Of a DNA stretch of 64,000 nt, positions 45,901 to 55,541 are shown piece after piece. Source of the DNA: an uncultured Bacteroidales bacterium. GTDB lineage: Bacteria; Bacteroidota; Bacteroidia; Bacteroidales; PWNQ01. The notes under the pieces were generated by a model. The model was not told where the DNA came from, did not search any database, and saw nothing but the letters and a program-made list of their open reading frames with translations. Both the position numbers and the translations under genes were made by a program. Every line of letters begins with the position of its first letter. Positions within the stretch are counted from its first letter, which is position 1. Where the stretch lies: positions 276 through 64,275 of the forward strand of contig CAYZDA010000008.1 in assembly GCA_964477095.1 (NCBI GenBank), read 5' to 3'.

Positions 45901-47757
45901 TTAATCCCTTCTGAAAAATTGGTTACGTAATTTCCTAAATAATCGCAGATATGTTTCTGAATTAAGAAACGGAGCATCAGTGGTAGCTTTAAGTGTGAGG
46001 AAAATTCCCAGCGGAAGCAGTACCAGTGCTGATATCCACATTCCCCACCAGGGCTCGATCACCCCCTCGCGTGCAAATTTTTCACCCGTCATGGAGATTA
46101 CATGATAGATCACAAACAAAAGCACAGACACCACAACCGGGAAGCCGAAACCTCCTTTCCTGATGAGTGCTCCCAGGGGAGCTCCGATAAAAAACAGCAC
46201 GATGCATGCAAATGACAGGGTGAACTTCCGGTGCCATTCTATGTCGTGGCGGGCAATGAGTTCCCGCTTGTGCCTCAGCACGTTGGTGGTGTAATCGGTC
46301 CGGCTGATGATATTTCGCACATCATTAATGGCATATTCCACGATCTTCGCCCTCTCACCGGGCTTGAAATTTTCCAGCAGATCACGATCAAGTTCTGTAT
46401 CACTGGTAATTATGGTGGGAAAGTCCGGGTCGTTTTTCATCAGTGAATCCAGGTCGAGGCCTATCTCTTTTGCCTTTTTCCTTAAACCATGTATGGTATA
46501 TCCTTTCGATAACTGTTTTCTGCCGCGAAGAGATAAGGTGCCGGGTTCCAGCTGTTCTTTTTGTTGTGCTTTCATCCTCCGCCTTATGTTATGCTCCCTC
46601 AAAGTATTGGCCTGCCTGTTGTTGTCTGCTCCTGATTCAGTTATTAGTAATTCCGGAGGGAACATATTACTTAAAACCGCATAGGTTATACTGTCGTGTT
46701 CTGGTTTTACAGCGGATTCCCGGAGCGTGTCTGATGTATTGCCAGCACTGCCGGGCCCGGATTGAGCCTGCTTTGCTTTGCCGCTGTTTGCTGTCAATGC
46801 TTTTGCGCTGTCAGCTTTCTTGCCCGTGATACCTTCGGTAGAACTTTGTTTGATCAGAGAATTATAATAACTGAAATGGTTTATCTGAGAGGTCGAATAG
46901 TCATTCTTTCGCTTGCTCACATGCTCCAGAATAGAATCTTTAGAGCTCACCAACTGCGTGAGGTTCATCATTTCATAATGATTTTTATAAAATTCCTCAT
47001 TGGTTTGTTCAAAACTGAAGGAAGCGAGGTCGATCCTGCGCAGTTCCTCCCGGAATTTTGTAATCTGAAGGGGGCGTGAATATTTTTCAGAATGCTTTTC
47101 AATGCGCTCCATATAGTTTTTGCCATTGAACAGCTGGAAAACAAGGAAACGCTTGTCTTTGGTTACCTGCATGGTTCCTGAGTCAGCAACTGTAACGCTC
47201 ACATTTCCCTGCTTTTTGGTATGGTCATAGATTACCACATCCCGGATGGTTTTTCCATCATTATCTTTCCCACCTATTTTGATGGTATAATTCTCGATCT
47301 CATCATAGAAGACTCCGGGTTGGATGGAAACCGCCGGTTTTTGTTTTCGCACGTCGTGTAGCAGGGTGCGCATTTTAAGATTAGCCACTGGCATGATATT
47401 GTTGGAGAAAAGAAAAGCCACTATGCTCAGAATGGCAATGAAAACCGCCATAGGTTTCATAACAGACCTCAGTGAAATACCCGCAGCTTTCAATGCTACC
47501 AGCTCATACCTCTCACCCAGGTTTCCGAAAGACATCAGAGAGGAAAGCAGCACAGCCAATGGTACCGCCATGGGAACAAAAGTAGAGGAGGCAAAAAACA
47601 GTAAGCGTGCAATAATGCCCCAGTCGAATCCTTTTCCCACCAGATCATCAATGTATTTCCACAAAAACTGCATCAGCAAAATGAACAATGCTATAAAGAA
47701 CGTGGCAACAAACGGCCCGATATAGGATTTGATTATATATGAATATAGCTTCTTCAA
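45901..47757 (-). CDS. LptF/LptG family LPS export permease
   Basis: FLWKYIDDLVGKG, PLAVLLSSLM.FG.L.E..EL.ALKAAG, HRKF, GAPLG...RKGG. Confidence 0.9.
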   Translation of the reverse strand: MKKLYSYIIKSYIGPFVATFFIALFILLMQFLWKYIDDLVGKGFDWGIIARLLFFASSTFVPMAVPLAVLLSSLMSFGNLGERYELVALKAAGISLRSVMKPMAVFIAILSIVAFLFSNNIMPVANLKMRTLLHDVRKQKPAVSIQPGVFYDEIENYTIKIGGKDNDGKTIRDVVIYDHTKKQGNVSVTVADSGTMQVTKDKRFLVFQLFNGKNYMERIEKHSEKYSRPLQITKFREELRRIDLASFSFEQTNEEFYKNHYEMMNLTQLVSSKDSILEHVSKRKNDYSTSQINHFSYYNSLIKQSSTEGITGKKADSAKALTANSGKAKQAQSGPGSAGNTSDTLRESAVKPEHDSITYAVLSNMFPPELLITESGADNNRQANTLREHNIRRRMKAQQKEQLEPGTLSLRGRKQLSKGYTIHGLRKKAKEIGLDLDSLMKNDPDFPTIITSDTELDRDLLENFKPGERAKIVEYAINDVRNIISRTDYTTNVLRHKRELIARHDIEWHRKFTLSFACIVLFFIGAPLGALIRKGGFGFPVVVSVLLFVIYHVISMTGEKFAREGVIEPWWGMWISALVLLPLGIFLTLKATTDAPFLNSETYLRLFRKLRNQFFRRD

Positions 47758-47971
47758 AATGCTTCCTCAGTTTATACTGCAAAATTAGCGATTTTTATAA
47801 CGAAAACGAATATTGTTATGTTGATAGTAAAATCATTGGTCGTAACGTTGGAATTAGCATAGCCGTTTTTTTCTGCTGATGTTGTTTTCTTGATCAATAT
47901 ATCTTTCCCTTTTTGAAGTTCTCTTTAAAAATGCTACTTTTGAAGATTATATTGTTTATAAAAATAAAAAT

Positions 47972-49162
47972 ATGAATTTACATGAATATCAGGGCAAACA
48001 GATCCTGAAATCGTTTAATGTACCGGTACCTGAAGGCAAAGTAGCCTATGGTCAGGAGGAAGCAGTGAAAGCAGCCATTGAAATTGAGAATAAAACAGGC
48101 TTCAGTAAATGGGCGGTTAAAGCCCAGATTCATGCAGGTGGAAGGGGAAAAGGCGGAGGTGTGAAAATCGCCAACAGTCTGGAGGAAGTTCATAAATATG
48201 CCGGTGACATCCTTGGGATGCACCTGGTGACCCCACAAACCAGTGAGAAAGGTAAGCTGGTGCGTAAAATCTATATTGAACAAAACGTTTATTATGATGG
48301 CCCATCGGAAATACTGGAGTTTTACATGAGCGTTTTGCTCAACCGGCAAACCGGCAGGCACATGATCATGTATTCGCCCAGGGGCGGGATGGATATAGAA
48401 AAAGTGGCTGAAGAAACACCTGATCAGATATTTAAAGAAGAAATCGATCCAAAAGTAGGGCTCACAGACTTTCAGTGCCGCAATATTGCCTTTAATTTCG
48501 GTCTTAAAGCTGAGGCGTTTAAAAACATGATCAGATTCTCCAGGGCATTGTATAATGCTTTTGTTGGCTCTGATGCCTCTCTGTTTGAAATTAATCCGGT
48601 GATTAAAACCTCTGATGATAAATTTTTCGCGGCAGACTCCAAGGTAACCGTTGATAATAATGCTCTGTTTCGTCATAAGGACATAGCGGAAATGCGCGAC
48701 CTGGAAGAGGAGGATCCCATGGAAGTGGAAGCCGGAAAGCATGGCCTTAACTTTGTTAAGCTTGATGGTAATGTGGGCTGTATGGTAAATGGTGCCGGTC
48801 TTGCAATGGCTACCATGGACATCATCAAACAGTCTGGAGGAGAACCTGCCAACTTCCTTGATGTGGGTGGATCAGCCGATGCCAAAAGAGTGGAAGAGGC
48901 CTTCAGGATTATTCTTAAAGATCCGAATGTTGAAGCTATCCTGATCAATATTTTCGGAGGCATTGTTCGCTGTGACAGGGTGGCCAACGGAATTGTGGAT
49001 GCTTACAAAAACATCGGTGAAATTAAAGTGCCCATCATTGTGCGTCTTCAGGGAACGAATGCTGACAAAGGAAAAGAGATTATCGACAGTTCAGGGCTGA
49101 AGGTATATTCAGCCATAAAACTTCAGGAGGCTGCCGTGCTGGTTAAGGAGCTGGTATCTTAG
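47972..49162 (+). CDS. sucC: Succinate--CoA ligase (ADP-forming) beta subunit
   Basis: MNLHEYQGK, KAQIHAGGRGKGGGV, GCMVNGAGLAMATMD, NIFGGIVRCD. Confidence 0.97.
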   Translation: MNLHEYQGKQILKSFNVPVPEGKVAYGQEEAVKAAIEIENKTGFSKWAVKAQIHAGGRGKGGGVKIANSLEEVHKYAGDILGMHLVTPQTSEKGKLVRKIYIEQNVYYDGPSEILEFYMSVLLNRQTGRHMIMYSPRGGMDIEKVAEETPDQIFKEEIDPKVGLTDFQCRNIAFNFGLKAEAFKNMIRFSRALYNAFVGSDASLFEINPVIKTSDDKFFAADSKVTVDNNALFRHKDIAEMRDLEEEDPMEVEAGKHGLNFVKLDGNVGCMVNGAGLAMATMDIIKQSGGEPANFLDVGGSADAKRVEEAFRIILKDPNVEAILINIFGGIVRCDRVANGIVDAYKNIGEIKVPIIVRLQGTNADKGKEIIDSSGLKVYSAIKLQEAAVLVKELVS

Positions 49163-49761
49163 ATTTGTTGTTTTACTGCAAGAAAATCAATTACGGAGGA
49201 ATCACCGGTATGCATATCGCCCTCCGTAATTTTTTTTATATGCTGATTCAACAGCAGGATGTTTGTTCCCTTCAGGTATCCGGCGATATCTTCGGTGCTG
49301 TAAAGTAAATCCGGGTTGCGGGGGCCTCCGGTGCCATATGCAAGTTGTTCCCGGCTGTAGAGTTGCCCGAAGAACCTGCCTCCGGGTTTAAGGCTTTTAA
49401 TCATTTTCCTGAAAAAAACGGCAGTTTGTTCACGGGGCAGATGTACAAAAATCAGGGCCACGGCATCAAATTCTTGTTCTGGAGCCGCCCAGCTGCAAAT
49501 ATCAGAATGAATATATCGGATGGAAACCTTTTCTTCTGAGGCCAGTTTCAAGGCTTTTTTCCTTCCTTCGCCACTGTAATCAACGGCGGTTACTGTCCAG
49601 CCGGTTTTTGCTGCATATACTGCATTGCGGCCTTCACCCTCACCGGGCAGTAAAATGCTGCCAGGCTTCAGGCTGTCAAGGTTTTCGCGGAAAAAGCCAT
49701 TGGCTGTCTTTCCATATGTATATTCCTTTGAGGAATAGCGGCTGTCCCAGAATTCTTTCAT
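49159..49761 (-). CDS. Class I SAM-dependent methyltransferase (TehB/TPMT-like)
   Basis: FWD.RY....Y.YG, PGEGEGRNA, LKPGG, GTGGP. Confidence 0.88.
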   Translation of the reverse strand: MKEFWDSRYSSKEYTYGKTANGFFRENLDSLKPGSILLPGEGEGRNAVYAAKTGWTVTAVDYSGEGRKKALKLASEEKVSIRYIHSDICSWAAPEQEFDAVALIFVHLPREQTAVFFRKMIKSLKPGGRFFGQLYSREQLAYGTGGPRNPDLLYSTEDIAGYLKGTNILLLNQHIKKITEGDMHTGDSSVIDFLAVKQQI

Positions 49762-49825
49762 AAAAAATGTGTTGCTTTTTTCAATAAAAAAACAACACAT
49801 TTCTGAAAGAGTTCTGCTTCCCGGT

Positions 49826-50557
49826 CTATTTCATCAGGAAATCAAGAATGTCATTAGTATTTAGTTCTTTGGGTTCTTCGCCGTGTTTGAATATCCTGAG
49901 GCTGTGTTTGCCTTTAAGTATCAGGCGTTCACCCTCCAGTAGCAGCAGGCAGCCTTCACGCAAGCCAACTACAGTGGTATTGGTGTTAATCTTCAGGAAT
50001 TCATCAATACGCTGTTCGCGCGTTTCACCTGCGTGTCCGTCAGGATTTGCATCCAAATAATGCGGGTTGATCTGAAACGGGATAAGATTCATAGTTTTGA
50101 AGCTTTCCGGTTCGTAAATCGGCATATCGTTCGTGGTCATAAGGGTAGGACAGGCCACATTGGAGCCGGCACTCCATCCCATGTAAGGCATACCGTTTTC
50201 TACTTTTTCGCGAATAGGCTCTATAAGCTTGTTTTTGTGAAGCATGCCCACCAGGTGGAAGGTGTTTCCTCCGCCTACTGCAATGCTTTCTGCTTCCTGA
50301 ACAGCTTTCACAGGATCATTTTCTTTATGGATGGAATATATCTCATAGCCAAGTTCGGAGTAAACATGTTTCACTTTTTCTTCATAGGCATCATAAGAAG
50401 CCTGTAATCCTTCATCTGATAAAGCCACCCCTGCATAAGGGATGAATAAGACTTTTTTTACATCTTCCTTCAGGAAATCCTTGATGTGATTTTTTGGCCA
50501 GTTCAGATAGGCGTCACCAGCCATGGTTGAATTACTGATCAATAATAAACGTTTCAT
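49826..50557 (-). CDS. pepE: Dipeptidase PepE (peptidase S51)
   Basis: LLLISNS, FIPYA, GGGNTF, GWSAG, TTNDMP, QINPHY, HAGETRE.R. Confidence 0.95.
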   Translation of the reverse strand: MKRLLLISNSTMAGDAYLNWPKNHIKDFLKEDVKKVLFIPYAGVALSDEGLQASYDAYEEKVKHVYSELGYEIYSIHKENDPVKAVQEAESIAVGGGNTFHLVGMLHKNKLIEPIREKVENGMPYMGWSAGSNVACPTLMTTNDMPIYEPESFKTMNLIPFQINPHYLDANPDGHAGETREQRIDEFLKINTNTTVVGLREGCLLLLEGERLILKGKHSLRIFKHGEEPKELNTNDILDFLMK

Positions 50558-50608
50558 ATGATTTTGGTTTAAATGTGTTTTTTATTGTTTGTCAAAAATA
50601 ACAAAACC

Positions 50609-53287
50609 TCAGAAAAACCAGGGAAATATTCCTTCGGCTTTGCGGTATGCCGACTTGTATGACTGTTCCAGGTGTCTGAGCCAGTAGTCATTATCTGAAT
50701 ATCTTATCGCCTGTTTTTTGTAATTGATACTGCCCTTCCTGCCTGCATCTTTTTTTGCAAGTATGCGACCGGTTTTTTTCTGAAGGTTCTTAATGATGGA
50801 ATAATCAACCTGGCTGTTTCGTAGCGACTTAAGAAGCTCCAGCGCTTTCCTGCCATCCTGCTGTTTAAGATAATAACGGATAAACTTTAGCTTAAGTTCA
50901 TCATCACCCTGCCGTTTTGCAAATGTCAGCGGACTTAAAACTACCAATCCTTCATCACTCAGCTTATGTTGCTTAAAAAAATGTTCAGCACTTTCCAGTT
51001 TCGTGATAAGGGCTGTTATGTTGTTGTTTTTATAAAGGCTGTCCACTGATTTGTGTAGTTCGGCAAACCTGAATATGTGGCGGTATTGCTCCAGCTTATT
51101 GGCTGCTTTCAGCGTGTCAAACTTACAGAAAGCATATCTTCGGGCAATCTGAAGTGCCCGCCTGTAGTGTGTCCTGGCCGAAAGATAATCAGTGCTGGTA
51201 ATTCCCAGGCTACCCTTTTCGCTATGGTGGCGGAAAGTATCGCGGGCTGCTTCGCATACTTTTGCCTGCAGCTTGTGTGACAGTTCTTGTATTTTTAGTT
51301 GAATGATCTTCGAATTACCAAGATTGTATTCAGCAGTGTCCTCTTTCACTTCTTCTAAAATATCATTTGCATTACTAAAGCGGGCCCCCCAAACCTTCAT
51401 ATCAGCTCGTTTGATTTCGGCTAAAACCAGGGGTTCGGCTGCACGCCGGGTAAGAGAATCAAGGGTGTCATTAGTGCCAAACTGATAATGTTTTAGCAAT
51501 TTCCGGGCATCAGTAAATTCTTTCAGTGCAATTTCGAAACGCTCGTAGTTGAGAAAAGCAAAACCTTTTTGCAAGTGAAGCAGATAAATTTCTTTATCGA
51601 TTTTTTCCTGAAGTTCTGCTGCCTTTTCTGTTCTGTTAACGTGCAGCTGATGTTTTTTTCGATAGTTTTCAGCTTCTGAAAATAATTCATCAGCTTTATG
51701 GTAATTCTCATCCCTGTATTCACTGGCTGCCTTTTTTACTTTCTGATCATACACACCCTGATGAGCTTCAATTGCATGTTTCCTGATCATGTTCCGGCAG
51801 TCTTCAGTCCGGCATAGTTCAGCAGCATTGTCATAATGGGAGAATGCCTGTTCGTAATCCTTGTTTTCGATAAGGTGTCCGGCCTGTTCAACAAAAAGCT
51901 CAGCCACCTCGTCATACAACAGTTTGATGGCCCGGTCGGATATAATAGAGCTGCTGTGTTCTTTCTGAAACCTGTCCACCATTTTGATATACTGCAGAGC
52001 AAGGTCAGGCCGGTTGGCATTAAGCGCCTGCCGTGCCACTGCAACATAAGCATTATAGATGCCATATCTGGCCTTCGACAAGTATTTCTGTACTTCAGGA
52101 CTGCATTTATACCGCGGAGTGTTCCGGCAAAAAGCCGCAGCACGTTCCATTATTTCTATGGCCCAGTTAAATTCTTCCTCAGCCATGAGTTCGCGTGCTT
52201 TGCTGATAAAGGCTGCTACCAGGGTATCACTGAAGAGTATTGCCTGCTGGTAGGTTTGGGTGTCAGGTTTGAGTTCCATGAGCAGGTGCTCAGTTTTACC
52301 GGCAGATGCATCAAGCCTGCCCTGTTGCAGGTCCAGCCTGGCCAGCTCCAGCCAGGCCGGGGAAAAATATGGGTTTGCCTGTATGGATTTTTCGAAATAA
52401 CCACGGGAGATGGCTGTGTCAGTACTTAAATAACTAAGGCCTTCCTGGTAATACAGCCGCTCAAGGTTCTGCATCTGGCGGTTTATCTTTGCCCGCTTAA
52501 AAGCTATTCCGCTTTTTAAATTTTTGAAACGGGGAAGGAATTTCAGGGGATCATTTTTTTCGAGATCAAGGATTTGCAGATAATCACTTTCCTGCAATTG
52601 ATCAAGGATTGCCTCTGCCTCCCGTAAATTGGCACTGTAAATCGGCAGCATATTAAGGTTGCCAATTGTAATGCCCCCTACTTTTATAAGGGCCTCTTTA
52701 AGAAGTGGAAAATCAAGATAATACTGATCGATGGCTTCGGTTTTGCGTTGAAAAGCTTCCGATTGTTCTTCAGTATACATCAGAGTGTAACTGATATCAT
52801 TGAACTGAAGGTTGTATTCTGAAAGTGAATCGGCTAATGGTATAACTTTCCTGTCATGCGAAAGATCAATGGTATCATTTATCACTGCTTGTTTGCCTGC
52901 TGCCTCAAGGAAGATGCTATATGCTATTTTTGATGGGATCATTTGCTTTTCCACAGGAAAGCCGCGGTAATGCTCATATCCCCTGATGTGTATGCCTTTT
53001 ATTTGGGTCACCAACTTATTGCCGCTGAGGTATATATCCTGCTGCCAGTGAATGCTGAATTTGGTGTAAGCAAGTATCCTGGGAATACTTTTGGAGAAGG
53101 CTTCTAAAAACTTATCGGTAATCCGCTGGTCGTTAATGTTATCTATCCGCCGGTATTTACGATGCTCCACTGTTAGATGCAAGGAATCGGAAAAAAGTAG
53201 CTTTTCTTCGTCTGCCCGGACATTTTGTGTGCAAAGCAACAATAGCCCTGTAATAACTAACAGCCATATCCTGTGGAGTCTTCCCAT
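50609..53287 (-). CDS. Large secreted TPR-like hypothetical protein
   Basis: Signal peptide and helical TPR-like repeats (AWLELARLD, ALKEF..A). Confidence 0.7.
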   Translation of the reverse strand: MGRLHRIWLLVITGLLLLCTQNVRADEEKLLFSDSLHLTVEHRKYRRIDNINDQRITDKFLEAFSKSIPRILAYTKFSIHWQQDIYLSGNKLVTQIKGIHIRGYEHYRGFPVEKQMIPSKIAYSIFLEAAGKQAVINDTIDLSHDRKVIPLADSLSEYNLQFNDISYTLMYTEEQSEAFQRKTEAIDQYYLDFPLLKEALIKVGGITIGNLNMLPIYSANLREAEAILDQLQESDYLQILDLEKNDPLKFLPRFKNLKSGIAFKRAKINRQMQNLERLYYQEGLSYLSTDTAISRGYFEKSIQANPYFSPAWLELARLDLQQGRLDASAGKTEHLLMELKPDTQTYQQAILFSDTLVAAFISKARELMAEEEFNWAIEIMERAAAFCRNTPRYKCSPEVQKYLSKARYGIYNAYVAVARQALNANRPDLALQYIKMVDRFQKEHSSSIISDRAIKLLYDEVAELFVEQAGHLIENKDYEQAFSHYDNAAELCRTEDCRNMIRKHAIEAHQGVYDQKVKKAASEYRDENYHKADELFSEAENYRKKHQLHVNRTEKAAELQEKIDKEIYLLHLQKGFAFLNYERFEIALKEFTDARKLLKHYQFGTNDTLDSLTRRAAEPLVLAEIKRADMKVWGARFSNANDILEEVKEDTAEYNLGNSKIIQLKIQELSHKLQAKVCEAARDTFRHHSEKGSLGITSTDYLSARTHYRRALQIARRYAFCKFDTLKAANKLEQYRHIFRFAELHKSVDSLYKNNNITALITKLESAEHFFKQHKLSDEGLVVLSPLTFAKRQGDDELKLKFIRYYLKQQDGRKALELLKSLRNSQVDYSIIKNLQKKTGRILAKKDAGRKGSINYKKQAIRYSDNDYWLRHLEQSYKSAYRKAEGIFPWFF

Positions 53288-53400
53288 CTTTTTCTTTTCA
53301 GCCTCAGCTAACGTTTATTCTTCATTTTTATTCCATTTATCCGCGGTTTATACGAATCAAAAACGCTATTGAGCCACTGTTATTATTAAGCCTGCGATAT

Positions 53401-54366
53401 TCAGGCGCCTGCCAGATGAATAAGATTCTGCGGCTTTCCTTCCAGCCATTTGAATACATTTTCCTTCACAATTGCTGCCCTGTTCTCCATGGCTTCCGCT
53501 GTGGCATAGCCGATATGTGGTAGCATCACAAGATTCGGAGCATCCATCAGTGGGTGATCAGCCGGGATTGGTGGTTCATGTTCATACACATCAATTCCTG
53601 CACCCGCAATCTTTCCTTCTTTTAGGGCAGATGCCAGCGCCTTATAATCAACAATCTGCCCGCGGGCTGTATTGATAAGTATAGCAGATGATTTCATCGC
53701 CATTAGCCGGTCTTCGCTTATCATGTGCCGGGTGTCTTCTGTATAAGGCACATGCAGGCTTATGATGTCCGATTTTCTCAGCAATTCATCCAGCCCCAGG
53801 TATCTGATACCTTTTTCTTTCGCTTCCTCTTTTCTACTGCGGCTGTATGCTATTACTTCAGCTCCCATTGCATTAAGAATAGAAGCGGTTCTCATTCCAA
53901 TGGCTCCTGTGCCTATTATTGCCGCGGTTTTTCCTGATATCTCCCTGCCAAGAAAGCCTTCACGGGTCTTCTGTTGACGCACTTTTGCATCATTTGTGGT
54001 AATCTTTCGGTAAACATCCAGTATTAATCCTATTGTCAGTTCTGATACTCCTGTGGTGCTGTAGCCTGCAGCGTTACACACTGTTATTTGCAGTTCTTCA
54101 CACGCCTGTATATCCACATGGTCAACACCCGTAAATGCTATATTGAGTAATTTTAGTTTTGGCAGGGACTCTAACAGTTCCCTGGTGACCGGAATGTTTG
54201 AAACTACCATTATATCTGCATCTTTTGCCCTTTCTGTAATAACTTTACTATCTTCCACACGGTTGCTGAACATAATAAACTCATGTCCTGCATTTTCAAA
54301 TTCACTTTTAATACTGTTGAATGCCATTAAAGAAATGCCCAGGGGCTCTACAGCTACTATTTTCAT
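53401..54366 (-). CDS. D-2-hydroxyacid dehydrogenase
   Basis: TGVDHVD, GTGAIG, SLHVP, INTARG, DVYE.EP, PHIG.AT.EA. Confidence 0.92.
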   Translation of the reverse strand: MKIVAVEPLGISLMAFNSIKSEFENAGHEFIMFSNRVEDSKVITERAKDADIMVVSNIPVTRELLESLPKLKLLNIAFTGVDHVDIQACEELQITVCNAAGYSTTGVSELTIGLILDVYRKITTNDAKVRQQKTREGFLGREISGKTAAIIGTGAIGMRTASILNAMGAEVIAYSRSRKEEAKEKGIRYLGLDELLRKSDIISLHVPYTEDTRHMISEDRLMAMKSSAILINTARGQIVDYKALASALKEGKIAGAGIDVYEHEPPIPADHPLMDAPNLVMLPHIGYATAEAMENRAAIVKENVFKWLEGKPQNLIHLAGA

Positions 54367-54607
54367 GCTAAGAAGTTTTTAATTCTGATACAAAATTAAA
54401 AGATTGTTGGTATTTGAAGCTTTAATTATGGATTTCAAAACACAAATAAGGAAATAAAAATGAGAAAAAGACTAAAAATCCTTTACTTACAAAAAAAAAT
54501 GTGTTACCTTTATTCTACGTATAGGGTTCAGGATAATTTAATGAATTAAATTTCGTTATTTATAAAATACTCTGAGCAACAATACAAGGTTTTGAATGTT
54601 AATAAAT

Positions 54608-54736
54608 AAGGTTGCCTCGTTCCGGGTAGCTTTTTAGGGATAACAGTAACTTTTACACGCAATTAATCCTCGGAGGTCCCACCTCCTTGCCCTGAGGCAA
54701 CCTTTCTTATTTTTACAGGCGTAAGCCTGTTTTTTT
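54608..54736 (+). ncRNA. Candidate structured small RNA plus terminator
   Basis: 11-bp closing stem AAGGTTGCCTC/GAGGCAACCTT with internal stems, then ACAGGC-gtaa-GCCTGT-T6 on the plus strand, where no plus-strand gene exists. Confidence 0.4.
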
Positions 54737-54737
54737 A

Positions 54738-55451
54738 TTACTTAAGTTCAGTAAGTTCAATAGATGTCAGTGGAGTGTTATACTGGGTTCTCCATTTCTC
54801 ATTCGCGGGAAAATAGCCGGAATAATAGTCAACATAATCATCCGAATTTCCTTCCAGTATTGATCCTATCATCACAGACAGCTCAGATGCGGCAGTTCTG
54901 ATACTGTTCAATAAGGCCATTTGGATTCCTCCGGCAACAGATATCAGGTTTAAAAGATTGCTTAGTTCTGATGTTTGTATGGTTTCACCGATTGACTGCA
55001 TGGTTTTTCCGATATCCCTGCTTTTCTTATCGGTCTCGAAAATTTTAATTTCCAGATTTATGCCGCCGTGCACCTTTTGTGCAGGATATAAAAGCTTGCC
55101 GGCGCCCATAAACTCACGTTGCTCACCTTTTTTCATCACAAAATAATTGTCGGGATTATTGTTGATGAATGGTCCAGCACCACTTAGATCCCAGGCGTAG
55201 GAAAAGAAATAAATCTCACTGTGCCTGTCGAAAAAACCACCCAGGAAACCATCGAAATTTTTCTTAATGGATAATGACTTTAATGTAAGTCCTCTGTTAT
55301 GCTCCGAAACCTTCGGTCTGATTTTTTTACTTTTGAAGGTTCGCTTCATTTGCTCAAGGTCCCTGACTTTGTTAAAGTACAGATGGCTTAAAGCTTCGTC
55401 TTCCAGTGTGGCATCGAAATCGAGAATACTGCCGGATTCAATAAGAGCCAT
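54738..55451 (-). CDS. Hypothetical protein
   Basis: 237-aa ORF. Beta-rich core plus an amphipathic helical segment. No signal peptide. Confidence 0.7.
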   Translation of the reverse strand: MALIESGSILDFDATLEDEALSHLYFNKVRDLEQMKRTFKSKKIRPKVSEHNRGLTLKSLSIKKNFDGFLGGFFDRHSEIYFFSYAWDLSGAGPFINNNPDNYFVMKKGEQREFMGAGKLLYPAQKVHGGINLEIKIFETDKKSRDIGKTMQSIGETIQTSELSNLLNLISVAGGIQMALLNSIRTAASELSVMIGSILEGNSDDYVDYYSGYFPANEKWRTQYNTPLTSIELTELK

Positions 55452-55541
55452 AGCAATCGGGTTTGGGTTGCGGATGTAAATATAGCAGGTTTGTCAGCTG
55501 AATGCAATACTTTCATAGCTATTGTGCTGCAAGGACTCTGC

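Noticed and set aside
47972-49162. sucC without an adjacent sucD
   Set aside because: Separation of the two genes is usual in Bacteroidota.
54635-54650. I-SceI-like site or 23S rRNA fragment (TAGGGATAACAG)
   Set aside because: Only a 12-nt match with unrelated flanks, so chance is sufficient.
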